A stretch of 64,000 bases of DNA from Octopus vulgaris. Taxonomy: Eukaryota. The first letter of the stretch is position 1. Every line of letters begins with the position of its first letter. A program made the translations under genes and the position numbers. The notes beneath the pieces are model-generated. The model searched no databases. It saw nothing but the letters and a program-made list of their open reading frames with translations, and was not told the DNA's origin. Shown here in pieces: positions 43,968-57,213 of this stretch. Location of the stretch: NCBI GenBank assembly GCA_951406725.2, contig OX597830.1, positions 60,450,001 to 60,514,000 of the forward strand, given 5' to 3'.

Positions 43968-44128
43968 TTATGTATGTGTGTTTTAGCAATCGTTTTTCCT
44001 ACTGAATATCTGAATATTAGATACCTGGACAGTTATCTAATACTTTTCCTCTCAAGAGATGACAGGTATGGAAAAAAATTGGTGACATGCGCGAGTGTGT
44101 GTGCGTGCGTGCGTGTGTGTGTGTGTGT

Positions 44129-44165
<37 letters not shown>

Positions 44166-44364
44166 TGACTGTCTGTCTGTGAGTGTGGACGGAAATATGA
44201 CCGTGTTTCTTAAATGATTGAAAACGCTGTTCTACGTTCGATCACACTGCGTGGCACTTCGGATAAGTGTCTTTTAAAGAATGTCTTTTACAGAAAATGA
44301 AAACAACAGCCCAAACCGAACCCTTTATGCATATGCTCATATACTTACATCGATAAATGCTCGA

Positions 44365-44417
<53 letters not shown>

Positions 44418-44742
44418 TATACATACACACACACACACACGTATATATATGCTGTTGAATAAAATTTATACAAAGCACCTCCACAATTATTGGCTAGCTG
44501 ATGTCATCATACAGTGGGAATACTCTTGTTACTGTACATACATCAAGAATACTAAATTGTACGTAGATAGCATATATATATATATATATATATATATACA
44601 GTAGTCTGGAACAACTGAATCTTAGTCAGTCAGTTGATGGGCTCCACTACCTCAAATGTTCTTAAAATTTAAATCCACATCTTTGTCTATGTATCTACCT
44701 TCTCTATAATGTTGTCACTTTGTATGAAAATTTTTGTATTAA

Positions 44743-44828
44743 TTGGCTGATGAGTGCTCAGCATTTTAAAACTGTTGTAATACCTACAACATTTAATAAA
44801 ATGATGTAGTACGAAACGATCGTACCAA
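44743..44828 (+). ncRNA. Type I hammerhead ribozyme with extended stem II
   Basis: TTGG-CTGATGA-GTGCT…CATTTTA…TGTTGTA(ATACC)TACAACA…TAAAATG…AGTAC-GAAA-CGATCG-TA-CCAA. All core nucleotides are present. Predicted cleavage after A44824 (GUA). Confidence 0.85.
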
Positions 44829-44859
44829 ATTACCGGAGTCATTCTTGTTGCTTATTTTG

Positions 44860-44915
<56 letters not shown>

Positions 44916-45474
44916 TGTAAGCATCATTTCAGCAACACAGTCTCCATTTAGTTCTGTTTGGTTTATTCCAAAACTTACAGTCTAATCGTACTAAAGAAAC
45001 AAAATCCCCAACCAGATCTTTGACTTCAGATATTTGGGATAAATAGTTGTAGAACGGAACTAAGGATATACACCGGGCAGCTTATATACACCTTTGTTTT
45101 CAATGCTGTTGGGAGTAAGGCGTTCCCAATGATTTCTGTAGAACTCTTCTTATTTTTTTTTCTTTCTGTTGAGCTCCACTTTGTCTTACCTCTTACTATG
45201 TGGCATACATAAAACTCATACTTACGTATATCCGTGCAAACATCCGTACATCCACACGCTTATACATAGATATATATATATTTACTGCACCGTCTTGCCG
45301 CTAAATTCGAAATCATGGTATCAGATTAACCAGCATTACTTTTGCTAACCTAGCATGGACATTTTTCCTACCATGCCTGTATTAATTTTGTGACTATTCC
45401 GTGGCTCAGAAGTATTTTTAACTTCTATTTTTAGCGATGCAGGTACTCATGTAGTACCCTTGAGTGTATGTATA

Positions 45475-45866
45475 TCTTTATATATAAAAGTGAGGTTGTG
45501 TGCTGTCTGTCTCCTACGATTTAGATTCCTAACTACTCCCACATTTTGCGGTGCAGTTTAACCAAAACCGGGTATCTTATAGTCGTGATTAATATCGAGC
45601 CCTTCTGGGTATTAGCGCGCGTCTACGATGAGTCTACGATTTAAAAAAAAATTACCATCAATTTTTCCCATTTTTAATGCATTTTGGCATATATAAGGGA
45701 AGTAACTCTCTAAAAATTTATTATTAAATCTCAGAACGTAAAAAGCTACAGTAACACCCCCTTTGTGGTTAACCATATTGAGATGGCTATTATACTTTAC
45801 ATCTCTAAAAATGCTTATATAGTTATTTCCCTTACAAACCCGAGCAACGCCGGGCGATACTGCTAG
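45475..45866 (+). mobile_element. Non-autonomous Helitron, copy 2
   Basis: 5' TC, 3' hairpin + CTAG, A|T insertion. Near-identical to 6772-7166. Confidence 0.88.
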
Positions 45867-45892
45867 TGAATATATATAAAAGTAAATGTCTT

Positions 45893-45951
<59 letters not shown>

Positions 45952-46318
45952 GCCTGTACGGCTGGCATTCGCTTGCCAATAGTGATGGTATTTTAATAGG
46001 ACAATCACTCTCATATTTACTTATAAATAAGTTCAGGTATTTCGTTTGTTTAAATAGTATTTGATCACTTCAAACGAATTTTGCAGGCATGATTCTGACT
46101 AAGGAGAATCAGGCACCGTTTTGGCACTAAATTCGAAACCTGATATCAGATTAACCTAACAGAGGTAAGACAATTTTAATGTTCACTGGAATTTTTTTCC
46201 TACTATGCCTGCATTAATTTTGCGACTATTCCGTGGCACAGAAGTACTTTTAACTTTCATTTTTAGCGATGCAGGTGCTCATGTAATTTCCTTGTGTGTA
46301 TGTATGTATGTATGTATG

Positions 46319-46385
<67 letters not shown>

Positions 46386-46389
<4 letters not shown>

Positions 46390-46625
46390 AATTGCAGCGT
46401 GGAAGGTGTTTATAAGCCATTTAAGAAACACACAAAAACCGTTAGATTCAGTGAACAGGTCGCGGTCTCAAAGCGACGAAAATATTATGACAAATTAAAT
46501 TTAAGTGTTGAAGTGAATCTAACGTTTTGTTTTTTTTGTGTTTCTTAAAGGGCTTATAAACACCTTCCACGCTGCAATTGTTTTCGATCTCAGATCAAGT
46601 CACTTGCTATGCAAGTATATCCCCG
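46386..46625 (+). mobile_element. Short fold-back element (Penelope pLTR-like), copy 2
   Basis: Inverted arms 46386-46451 / 46514-46583. Inserted in (TA)n. Homologous to 30613-30850. Confidence 0.6.
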
Positions 46626-46789
46626 TAACATATATATATATATATATATTATTATTATTATTAATTAGCCTGTACGGCTGGTATTCGCTTGCCAGTTGTA
46701 ATGGTATTTTAATAGTACTATCGCTAGTGTAACCACACACGTGTTTTTCTTGGACTATTTTTGCCTTTTCTGGATATTTCATCTTTCCA

Positions 46790-46823
46790 TTTTCTGACGA
46801 AGAACCATGCTCGAAACGTCACA
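46790..46823 (+). ncRNA. Minimal hammerhead motif, decayed copy of the 28591 family
   Basis: CTGACGAAGAACCATGCTCGAAACGTCA. Flanks are homologous to 28570-28660. Stems are partly mismatched. Confidence 0.55.
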
Positions 46824-46942
46824 CACACACCAACTTTTTTTTCCATCTTAAACTGAGCATCAGCCTAATACATTCACTGTGTTCGTCCTTTTAACTTTTG
46901 TTGCTTTCGTCTTTATTTTCAATTTGCCTATATATATATATA

Positions 46943-47026
<84 letters not shown>

Positions 47027-47689
47027 CATGTATGTATGTACACACAACTACATAGGCAAATGATTTTGCTTAATTGCATACCAGATAATTGTATAATCCA
47101 GTTCAACGTAGAATGGCGTCGTCAACTGATCAAAAGCTGTCGAGTTTGACTTTACTGATGGAAATCTAATATTACAGAAAGGTGTCTGTCACCTTGACAA
47201 CGATTAGTTATCACCTCGAGAAGCTTTCAAATTTTCTCTTTGACAAAGTTTAGATTTTCCACTTCGCATGTCAGTTGTGTGAAAAATTTTTTATAAAATT
47301 CTTCTAACTTTTATCTTTTATTAGTCTCAGCGAAAGGTTGAGGCCATGCTGGAGCACCGCATTTCAGTATGTTTGAGTTTCTGGGGAAGTATCGAATTGG
47401 ACGAGTTGCTCTTCTTTGTGCCACCTCCGTGATGTGGGTTCATCTGGTATCTCAATAAAAAAAAATTATTCTGACGTTCTTTGAAGACCTCCTCACCTAC
47501 ACCACGCAAATCTTTGAGACTGTTTGCTCGAATGTTGCGTCGATGTGGACCCTTGAAACTCAAGTTGTTACAGTACTAGGTTCTTATTTTAGTTGGAGAA
47601 AACGGAATCTTTGGTACTATGCTGTGCCGTCCAGTTCGGTGGTTTGTATAGCTTTCAATTCCAATGTTAGAAATGAGACCTTCCAGGAT

Positions 47690-48255
47690 CTTCCATATTT
47701 ATATCACTGCATATCTTTAATGCCTTCTCTCTAGAGATTAGAGCTTCAGCTCCTTTAACCTCTCCCAGCAGCTCATCTTTTTCAACGAGTTAATCTTCTG
47801 TGTGTAGTGGCGCTGGTTCGCCTCAAGTTCCGCCACAAGTTTGACGCTCTTCGGTGACCACCACTGGGAGCAGTAATACAGACGACCAATAGCGAAAGTT
47901 CCCCATATGAATAGCATGATATCCTGTTTCCTGGTTCTGAATATCAAAATCCTTCCAGCTACTCACCTGCACAGTGTTGTCACCTTAGTAATATGCCTCA
48001 TTACTCATGTACATTCTTAAATCACGCACCGACTCTGACTCTGGGATTGCACTACCACCTGGTACTGAGTATTCCGAAAGTATTCGATTTGTTGGACGAT
48101 AGTAGAGCGCTTGAGCCTTCTCAGCATTGAACTGCATGTTATTTTCATCTGCTCGTTCGTATATTGCACGCAGGTCGTTTTGCAGTTTTAGTATCAGGGT
48201 TCTTGACCGTCTCTAATACTTTTGTATCATCAGCAAAGCTGGTGAGAATGGTTGA
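47690..48255 (-). pseudogene. CR1/L2-like LINE RT C-terminal relic
   Basis: SFADDTK…LQNDL…NMQFNAEK…YCSQWWSP…LEANQRHYT…ERLKELKL*SLE. Confidence 0.8.
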
Positions 48256-49499
48256 ATGTATGGATGAGGGTATATCTGAGAGAGTCGCCACAAACAGTAG
48301 TGGTCCCAGTACAGTTCCTTAAGGGACGCTCCTACGGATTGATGCCTCACCAGACAGAGCACTATTTGCTGGAACCTTTTTTAGAAGAGGAGGGGAATTC
48401 ATGCAGCCACTATGCCAGTTTTCCAGTGCTATTAAGGTCACTCTCAAAACTCACTCTCAAATGCATTTCCCTCTCTGTCCTTTCTTTCGATACATTTTCT
48501 GTTCTCCCGAACTAGTTAAACGCATATTCTCCTCGTCCCTACGTATTCGATCCACCTGCCTTTGTCTCCACTCGTGTTACATGTCACCTTGCCTATCACT
48601 AAAGACTTCACCAATCCTTACTCTTCATAACTTCAAAATTCTGGAATTTTTATTCAAACTATGATTTTTTTTTTTCAGAGCCCATCGATCCACCATTTTA
48701 GAAGATCCTGAAAAAATCACAGTGACTGGCCCCACTCCTCTGAATTCCCTCTTAAAAAACAAAAATGTGAAGGAATACTAGAAATGATATGTTTCCATAC
48801 CCAGAAACATCAACACATGACTACCACTTCAGTCCCAAGCCAACGGGTGGAGATTCAAAGTCGCTTGCCCAGCTGTTAAGGATAAAGTTTCTAAAATGGA
48901 TTCCGGGATCCGAATGTTTGCTTTGGTACATTGGTTGAACGTCTGTGATATTGACAGAAGGGTTCGAGTCCCACGGATAGCCTTCCACTTTTTCTGTGCA
49001 AAGGATTTTTAACCCAATATTAACACGTTATTCTTTTTAACTTCATTTGCTCTTAGCTTCAACTTTTTAAAAAATTATTATTAACTTTTCACTGTTACTG
49101 CTGCAGTAGTTGCTAAAATTATTCTCGTCCTCCAACAAGAATATCAATATACTAACAGAAAGAAGCCATTGTGACAGAAGAACAAAGGCCTGCGTTGCTA
49201 TGACCGCCATTTGTCCTCGAGCCGAAAAATGCGGAACGCTTTTCCTCCCTCTCAGCATCTCAGTTACATCTCTCACTTTCTTCCAATGCAAATGTCGTTG
49301 AACGATGTTTTTGTAGAGGAAAATATGGATTTTTAAGTAAAACAAGATTTTAACGGTGGTATGAGTCACAATCAAAAGAAAAACTGCATCGAAATATTCA
49401 AGTGTCAGTTTCTCAATAATATTGACAAGTAAAAATTTGTTAAATGTATCACTTTTAGGGCATAAACAACAGAAATTTGTGTGAAAAATATAGAGACAA

Positions 49500-49945
49500 G
49501 TTGTGAAAGTTTTACACTGGAAGCTTTGTCAAAGATGGAGTTTGGAGCAGGAAGTACATGGTACAAGCATCGGATAGAACGAGTTCTTGTATTGAAAACA
49601 TGCACAATTTTATAGAATTTCCCCATTCAAATGGATAAGGAGATGGAACATAACGAGGCAGATATTACAGAAACGGGCTGATTGATCCACCGTGTCCGTT
49701 TGAAACTAGGATTGTGAAGAAAGCAGATGAAAGGGGTGAAAATCTGCAAACCCTTAAAATTGGAAATTGCGAGTATTTGGAATAAGAATCCTATAAGGTT
49801 TGTACTTGTGATAATTGCAGTAGTAGGGGCTGTGTGTGATGAAGGAGATTGGTGGATAAAGGGGATTGGAATGGAATGTCCTTTACATCTTCTACACAAT
49901 TATCTCTTGGGAACAGGGAGGTTAATCTGAGAGGTTTTTATCACT
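49500..49945 (+). pseudogene. Old R4/NeSL-like endonuclease-domain relic
   Basis: WYKH…PIQMDKEMEHNEADI…LKLEIASIW…VIIAVVGAV…LGTGRLI, a diverged homolog of the 18161-18847 peptide. Confidence 0.6.
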
Positions 49946-50289
49946 TGATGGCTTATTGAAATCATGTGAATATCTAAGGTTACAGATAGCTGCCCGCTAC
50001 TCCCATAAATTCTTTCAAGAATAAGATCAATTCTGAGTCAAGAAAATTTCTGCTATTTGCCACATGGGCGTGAGATGAGGAGAACATTACAAAGACAGGT
50101 TACAATTTCTGTGTGGAGCGGGGAAAATAATTATAATGATTTCTTTTATTTACCATCATGGCAACCCATAAGGAATACAATTATAAAAAGAGAGACATAA
50201 AGTATGGTAAATTAAGGGTGGTGGGAAATGTAACGTAACTGTGCATTGTATACAAATAATGAGAAATCTTGATGATGAGGGCGGAAATT

Positions 50290-50640
50290 GTTCTGATACC
50301 AAAAAACTTCCATTTTGCTCCTTCCTGCATCCCGGATTCGGATCAGCTAGATGTCAGCATCGTACCAAACCCCGAGGAATTTAACCGTTTTGTTAGTTCA
50401 GTGTCCCCGACGATGCAGCTAATCGGCTTGGACTTTCCTCTTCAAGAGACGAACCAGCCGACTTGTTCGGATTGATTTTTTTCCTCTGCACCAACTCCTT
50501 TAGAAGAGTGCAAATCGCTTCCTCTCCGGTGGCATTCGTTACCATAACGGTGCTATCGTCCGCATACGGCAACACGGGTCTTCTGGATTCCAGTTCTAAC
50601 AATAACATTCTCTTAAGCATTCCAACTTCCACAACAGTGA
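50290..50640 (-). pseudogene. L1/Tx1-like RT fragment
   Basis: YADDSTVMVT…KINPNKSAG, the RT catalytic motif and following segment. Confidence 0.65.
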
Positions 50641-50806
50641 CACGAGAGCAGTTAATAATAATAATAAGGATCCAACCACTGAAAGCGAGTCAGAAATCAG
50701 ACACACACTTATATGTATACACACACAGACACACGCACACAAACACATATATGCATAAGTAAGCATACATATATATGTACATAAATATATAAGCATATAG
50801 ATGCAT

Positions 50807-50856
<50 letters not shown>

Positions 50857-50875
50857 TATAGAGAGAGAGAAGGGC

Positions 50876-50909
<34 letters not shown>

Positions 50910-50950
50910 AAGAAAGCGGGATACACACACACACACAAATATACACATAT

Positions 50951-51002
<52 letters not shown>

Positions 51003-51005
<3 letters not shown>

Positions 51006-51123
51006 CCAGCTCGCTTAGCCATCGGGGTGGTGTCATTCAAAGGCTAAAACAATGCGAATGCATTGTGACCAGCGATGTGTAACAACATCTGATGGTCTGG
51101 TCGGTCACGTGATCTCACGTGAT
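51003..51123 (+). mobile_element. Isolated 3' tail of SINE C type 1 (or of its partner LINE)
   Basis: Reverse-complement match to 9384-9496, ending in repeated TCACGTGA. Confidence 0.7.
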
Positions 51124-51256
51124 ATATATATATATATATGGCTGAGGGTGTAGAAATAAGACCTAAACGCTCTAATGCTGCACTCAAAGCACAAAACTGT
51201 ATACACACATGCTGACAGGGAGCGTAATTGCTCGAAAAGCAGTGGTCGAGATATTC

Positions 51257-51303
51257 CCAGACTGATCGATCAGTTTCGGCTTTTGCCGTAGCCTCTTCAG
51301 TGG
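51257..51303 (-). ncRNA. Type I hammerhead ribozyme
   Basis: - strand: CCA-CTGAAGA-GGCT(ACGGCAAA)AGCC-GAAA-CTGAT(CG)ATCAG-TC-TGG. Canonical core, G10.1-C11.1 pair, GUC site (cut between 51260 and 51259). Confidence 0.9.
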
Positions 51304-51558
51304 CAGCGGCCCGACACGGCTGATTCCGGACGACGACAACTCCCAGCAGATATGTCTAGAATCTGGGAATATCCCCACCTCTGCTTTTCGGGGAATTACG
51401 TTCCTGTGAACATGTATGTATACAATTATGTGCTTTGGCTGCAGTATTTGAGAATTTAACTCTTATTTCTAGCAATGTAGGTGCTTATAACACCCTCCAT
51501 CATATTTAATGAGGATTGTAGTTCCCCTTATTGGTACACATTTGCTTACTGCAGCCTA

Positions 51559-51627
<69 letters not shown>

Positions 51628-51835
51628 ACAGGTAAAGAGTGAAATATAATTAATTAATTTTATTTTTAATTTAATAAAATCAATAAATTCCACCTAGTAG
51701 TAGTTCGTTATGGAAAAGGACCATATTCGGTAAAAATTTATATGATTATAATAATAAGGGTTTTTTGCAACAAGATGCTTAACCACATTTCGATATGTGG
51801 TTTAAGCAACTTTTTGCAAAAAACCCTTATTATTA

Positions 51836-51877
<42 letters not shown>

Positions 51878-51960
51878 CAACAATTGAGGGTAAAATTAAT
51901 TAATCAATTTCACCAAGTGTTCAGTATGTAAAAGGACCATTTAAGGCGAATTCAAAATAT

Positions 51961-52427
51961 TACATTATATAATTAGGGCTTAGTAAAATAAATTACTTTG
52001 CCACATACTGAACTTAGTAGAAATAGCAGCCAAAAAAAGGAGTGCAGAAATTTACGCCTGCGCATTTTGAATTTGTTGGCACTGGCAGTTGGAGCTGGTT
52101 CATTTGAAGCGACAAGTTCGCCGATAGGTAAAGTTCCTTCTTTTTAGTGTTTCCAAATCTAAATTAAGAAATTTTGAGCTGACGAAAGAAATGCTGATTT
52201 TATTTGGCTAATCTTGAAACGTTGACGTACTCAAACGATCTATGTACTTGTGATATTTTTCTGTATTTACCTCCAAACCTTCGTGAGCTGTCTGGAGTAA
52301 ACATTATTTGAGAGAAATTTTCTTTAAGTAGTAGAAATGGGTAAAAAGATTTTTTTGGCTGCTATTTCTACTAAGTTCAGTATGTGGCAAAGTAATTTAT
52401 TTTACTAAGCCCTAATTATATAATGTA
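51961..52427. repeat. Perfect 78-bp inverted repeat enclosing a hammerhead
   Basis: 51961-52038 is the exact reverse complement of 52350-52427. Confidence 0.95.
52173..52235 (+). ncRNA. Type I hammerhead ribozyme
   Basis: TTTGAG-CTGACGA-AAGA…GCTGA…TTGGC…TCTT-GAAA-CGT(TG)ACG-TA-CTCAAA. 6-bp stem I. Predicted cleavage after A52229 (GUA). Confidence 0.88.
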
Positions 52428-52438
52428 TATATATATAT

Positions 52439-52514
<76 letters not shown>

Positions 52515-53328
52515 GAAGGTAAGAAGGTAGTAAGCTGGCTTACTATACAGACAGATAGGTAGGAAGAGGGATAAAGACATACACATTTGGTGAAGCGTGC
52601 GAGTTTTCTTATATTAAAGGCTGGAAATCAATCCGAAGAAACGTATTAATTGGGTTTTTTTACAGAGGAGATTATCATTGGTGACTTCGGGGATTTTCTT
52701 TTCTTTTTTTTTTCTTACAGACGTACATGCTCTCGCGCAGAGAAACACTCATGCACAGGACGTACAAATATCTGTAAGCTCAGATACACCCACATGCATC
52801 GTGTGTGTGTGTATGTGTGTGTGTGTGTAACGTGAGCCCTTGCCATTATCTGCCAAAATTTCGTGCAAGACTGTCTATGTTGCGTGAACGGATATATACA
52901 ATTTGTCACTTCATTTCTACCTGTGGAGCGGTAAATCTGTCGGTGTTAATGTATATGTGTATGTGTGTAGTTACGCTGTGCATTTATGGCCGCTTGTATG
53001 TTTACATGTACGCTATTACGTATTTATGTATATATGTATCTATATTATATATATATGTATCTATATATATATATATGTCACAATGACAAATTCATATAAG
53101 CGGTGTGTGTGTATGTATATATGCGTGTGTGTGTGTGTATACACACATACACATACGTACACACACACACACATTAGATATACATATGTATAGACAGAGG
53201 AGGGGGAGATATTTATGTATAAATATGCATATATTGATCTTACCTTAACGGAACAGTAAACTAAATATGCATATAAATATATATACGTGTGTGTATCAGC
53301 ATATATGTTTACTAAAGGAATGTATAAA

Positions 53329-53381
<53 letters not shown>

Positions 53382-53459
53382 ATATACATGTATTATGCAG
53401 ATACGCGTGTGTGTGTGCCAATAAATATAAGTATATATATGTATATATATATATATTTC

Positions 53460-53673
53460 TTTACTACCCACAGAGGGGACAAACAAGGACAGACAAAGCG
53501 ATTAAGTCGATTCCATCGCCCCCAGTGCGTAACTGGTACTTAATTTATCGACCCCGAAAGCATGAAAGGCAAAGTCGACCTTGGTGGAATTTGAACTCAG
53601 AACGTAACGGCAGACGAAATACGGCTACGCATTTCGCCGGGCGTGCTACCGTTTCTGCCAGCTCGCCGCCTTC
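53460..53673 (-). mobile_element. SINE family B
   Basis: Reverse complement of the 24866-25095 family. Confidence 0.85.
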
Positions 53674-53689
53674 CAAATATATATATGTG

Positions 53690-53758
<69 letters not shown>

Positions 53759-54281
53759 ATACACACACGCATATATATAGATTTACATATATAGACACAT
53801 ACATATATATATGTATGTTTGTATGTCCGTGTATTAAAAGTGTGTCCGTGCATGTATCCAAGTATATAATTATAGGATCAGAGCTAACAGAGGAGAATTA
53901 CATGTAATGAAAGCATTCGCAAACGTGGTGATCCTTACCTGATCTTTCTGGGGCTCCTTGTCTTTTCTTCTTTGCTTGAAGAACTTGTAACCAAGATGGA
54001 ATATTCCTCCGTTGCTTTCTATTCTTAGCGACAGGTGTCGTCTCCTTTGGTTGACTATTGTTGTGTGAATGGTTTTGCTTCCGTATGTCTCTGAATCTCA
54101 TGATAACGTTTTCCTATTGCCCGTTCAGAACATAACTCATCAACATCGCCCCTGTGCATCATATTTATGCTTGTCCAACGACATAGATGTTGTTATTGTT
54201 TGCTGTCAGTCAAAAGATTTCATTAACGGAGCCGTTCAACATCTTTGATGTGACGTCACTAAAGGAGTACCAGCTGTCCCC

Positions 54282-54715
54282 GAGGTGATATCAAAAGATT
54301 CCAGGGTTCGTTATGTTTAATATCGTTGTAACATCATCTCCTTCGAAATTGTCACCTTGCGTAGCAACACACCGGTCCCAGCATTCCGGACACTTTTGGA
54401 ATCCGGCCTGGAAATCGTTTTCCGTAAGCGAATGGAGGACCTTCTACGATTCGCTCTGGATCTCGACAACGGTGTTAAAACGGAGCCATTGAACAGCATT
54501 TTTATCTTAGGGAAGAGATGGAAGTCTGCAAGTGCTAAATCTGGCGAATAGGGCGGGTGCGGAAACGATACCATGTTGTTTTTGACGAGAAACTTACGAG
54601 TTAGGAGATCTCGGTGACTGGGCGCATTGACATCGTGAAGAATCCAATTCTTCACTCTCCACAAATCTGGTCGCTTTCGCCAAATGACCTCTCTGAAATG
54701 CTTCCTGGAACCATG
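54282..54715 (-). pseudogene. Mariner transposase C-terminal relic with TIR
   Basis: WILHDVNAPSH…HPPYSPDLALADFHLFPKIK. Same family as 9948-10690. Confidence 0.85.
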
Positions 54716-55429
54716 TGATCTGAAAGCATGCTTCTTAGTACAGAGGCACGACATATTAAAGTTTTGACTATGCAGAGGCAACACCTATTGCCAATAGTGC
54801 AGTTAGGAGGAGATTCAATTACAGCCAATTTATTTTTTTAATGAGAGATACCTCTTTTAAGCCCTAGATGTATTTTGAAAGAGTTGTTGCATTTCATTGG
54901 TGTCATGTCTGAATGTATACGTATGTTGAGCATACCCGAATTTAAATGAGTTCCCGGTAAGCCTACATAGCATTTTTTGTTATCATTGTTATCTTTAGCA
55001 AAGTAAATGATATTTATTTGAAGACATATATTGTATAGAATGCATGCACTTTTTATGGGGAAGAGTTGAATTTATCCTTACACCAATAACTTTGAAGTTT
55101 TATGTTTAAAATTTTATAGCATTTATGAAAACAAGGGAAGCATTTACTGACAAATTTAAGAAGAATATGAAAATATTGGTTCAGCCTGAAAACTGGAGTT
55201 ATACCATATACCTTTTCTTTTTCTGGCGTTTTTGCATTAGTTGGATCCTTGTGGAAGGGTATATTCTACATTAATGAAGCGCCTCCGCTTAGAAGCGACG
55301 TTGTAAGTTTCTTCTTTAGAGAGATTTTTTTGCTTATGTTTCTGGGTATGTTTGATGGGTATTTCTGAGTTTTTCTGAATGTGGCGCATGACCACATTAG
55401 GTTTGTTTTAGATTATTTTATTCACTTAT

Positions 55430-55828
55430 TCTTTTATTCGTTTCAGTCATTTGACTGCGACCATACTGGAACACCGCTTTGGGGGTTTTAATCGAACAAG
55501 TCGAGCCCAGGACTTATTTTTTTAAGCCTAGTACTTATTCTATCATACTCTTTTGCTGAGCCCTTAAGTTACGGGGTTGTAAGCCCACCAACACCAATTG
55601 TCAAGCGGTGATGGAGGTACAAACACAGACACAAAGACACATTTACATAGATATATACAATAATATATAAGGCAGGCTTCTTTCAGGTTCCAACTACCAA
55701 ATCCATTCACGAGACTTTGGTCGATTCGAGGCTATAGTAGAAGACACTTGCCCGAGGTGCCACACAGTGAGACTGAAGCCGGAAACATGTGGTTTGAAAG
55801 CAAACCTTTAACAACACAGCCACGCCTA
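55430..55828 (-). mobile_element. SINE family A, diverged copy
   Basis: Reverse complement is colinear with family A. Confidence 0.75.
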
Positions 55829-56837
55829 TATAATTTTTTAATATATAATGTGTTTAATAATAGTATATGTTATTACATATCAAAAATATTATGCCTCTTT
55901 TTAAACATATATATTGTATATGTTGAAAAAATTATATCTATATATATTGGGCACAGCCTGTAGGCTGAAACTAATAAAAGAATACAAGTATAAAAGAATA
56001 CACATGTTTTGAGTTCTATTTTCCTGTTAGTATAATCAAACCTATATATGTGTGAATATATATATATATAAATGTATGTATGTATATGTATATATACGTA
56101 CACACACACACACATATATATATACGTACATACCAAAATACGTGCATACATACATATATACATACATATACATTCATACATTCATACATACATATACATA
56201 CATACAACATTCATACTTACATACATATACATACATACATACATACATACATACATACATACATACATACATACATACATACATGCATACATACACACAT
56301 ACATACATACAAATACACATATTCTCAGCTTCGTGATTGTTTGCATATACATACATATATATATATTTGTGTTATAAGCTCCTTCCATGCTTCTCCACAT
56401 AACATTAGTTTTGTACGTGCGGCTATACGTATGCATGGGAGCGTGCCGTTGTGTGTGCATCCTCTTCACTATTACTATTGCGTTTTTATACCAAAGTTGT
56501 ATGCAGTGAATTTAGGTTCTTATCTAAGGGGAAAATGTACATGTATTTCATTGTACAGTATATATTTGGACATAATCTTGCATGTTGTAGGTAATTGCCA
56601 TCAATGTGTGTGCGAGTAGTGTGTGTGTGTGTGTGTGGGTGTATGTGTATACTTTATATTATGGGAATGTGTATTTCTCTGTGTAGGTTGCTGCACGTGT
56701 GTGGATTTATGTGGGTGGATGAAGGTACATGCTTTCTATCCATTATCACTTTTTCCCTCTCTCACTCCACTCCCCCTCAAATTCTCATTTTTATGTTTCA
56801 GCTATTTTCTCTCTCTCCCTCTCCCAGTAGCTCTCTA

Positions 56838-56871
<34 letters not shown>

Positions 56872-56881
56872 CCTCTCCCTG

Positions 56882-56923
<42 letters not shown>

Positions 56924-57022
56924 AATATATATGCACATGTACATAGGCGTATATACACACATACACACTTCATTACCACCCACCGTATCTCCAAACCCCA
57001 TATATGCATATGTGTATGTATG

Positions 57023-57213
<191 letters not shown>

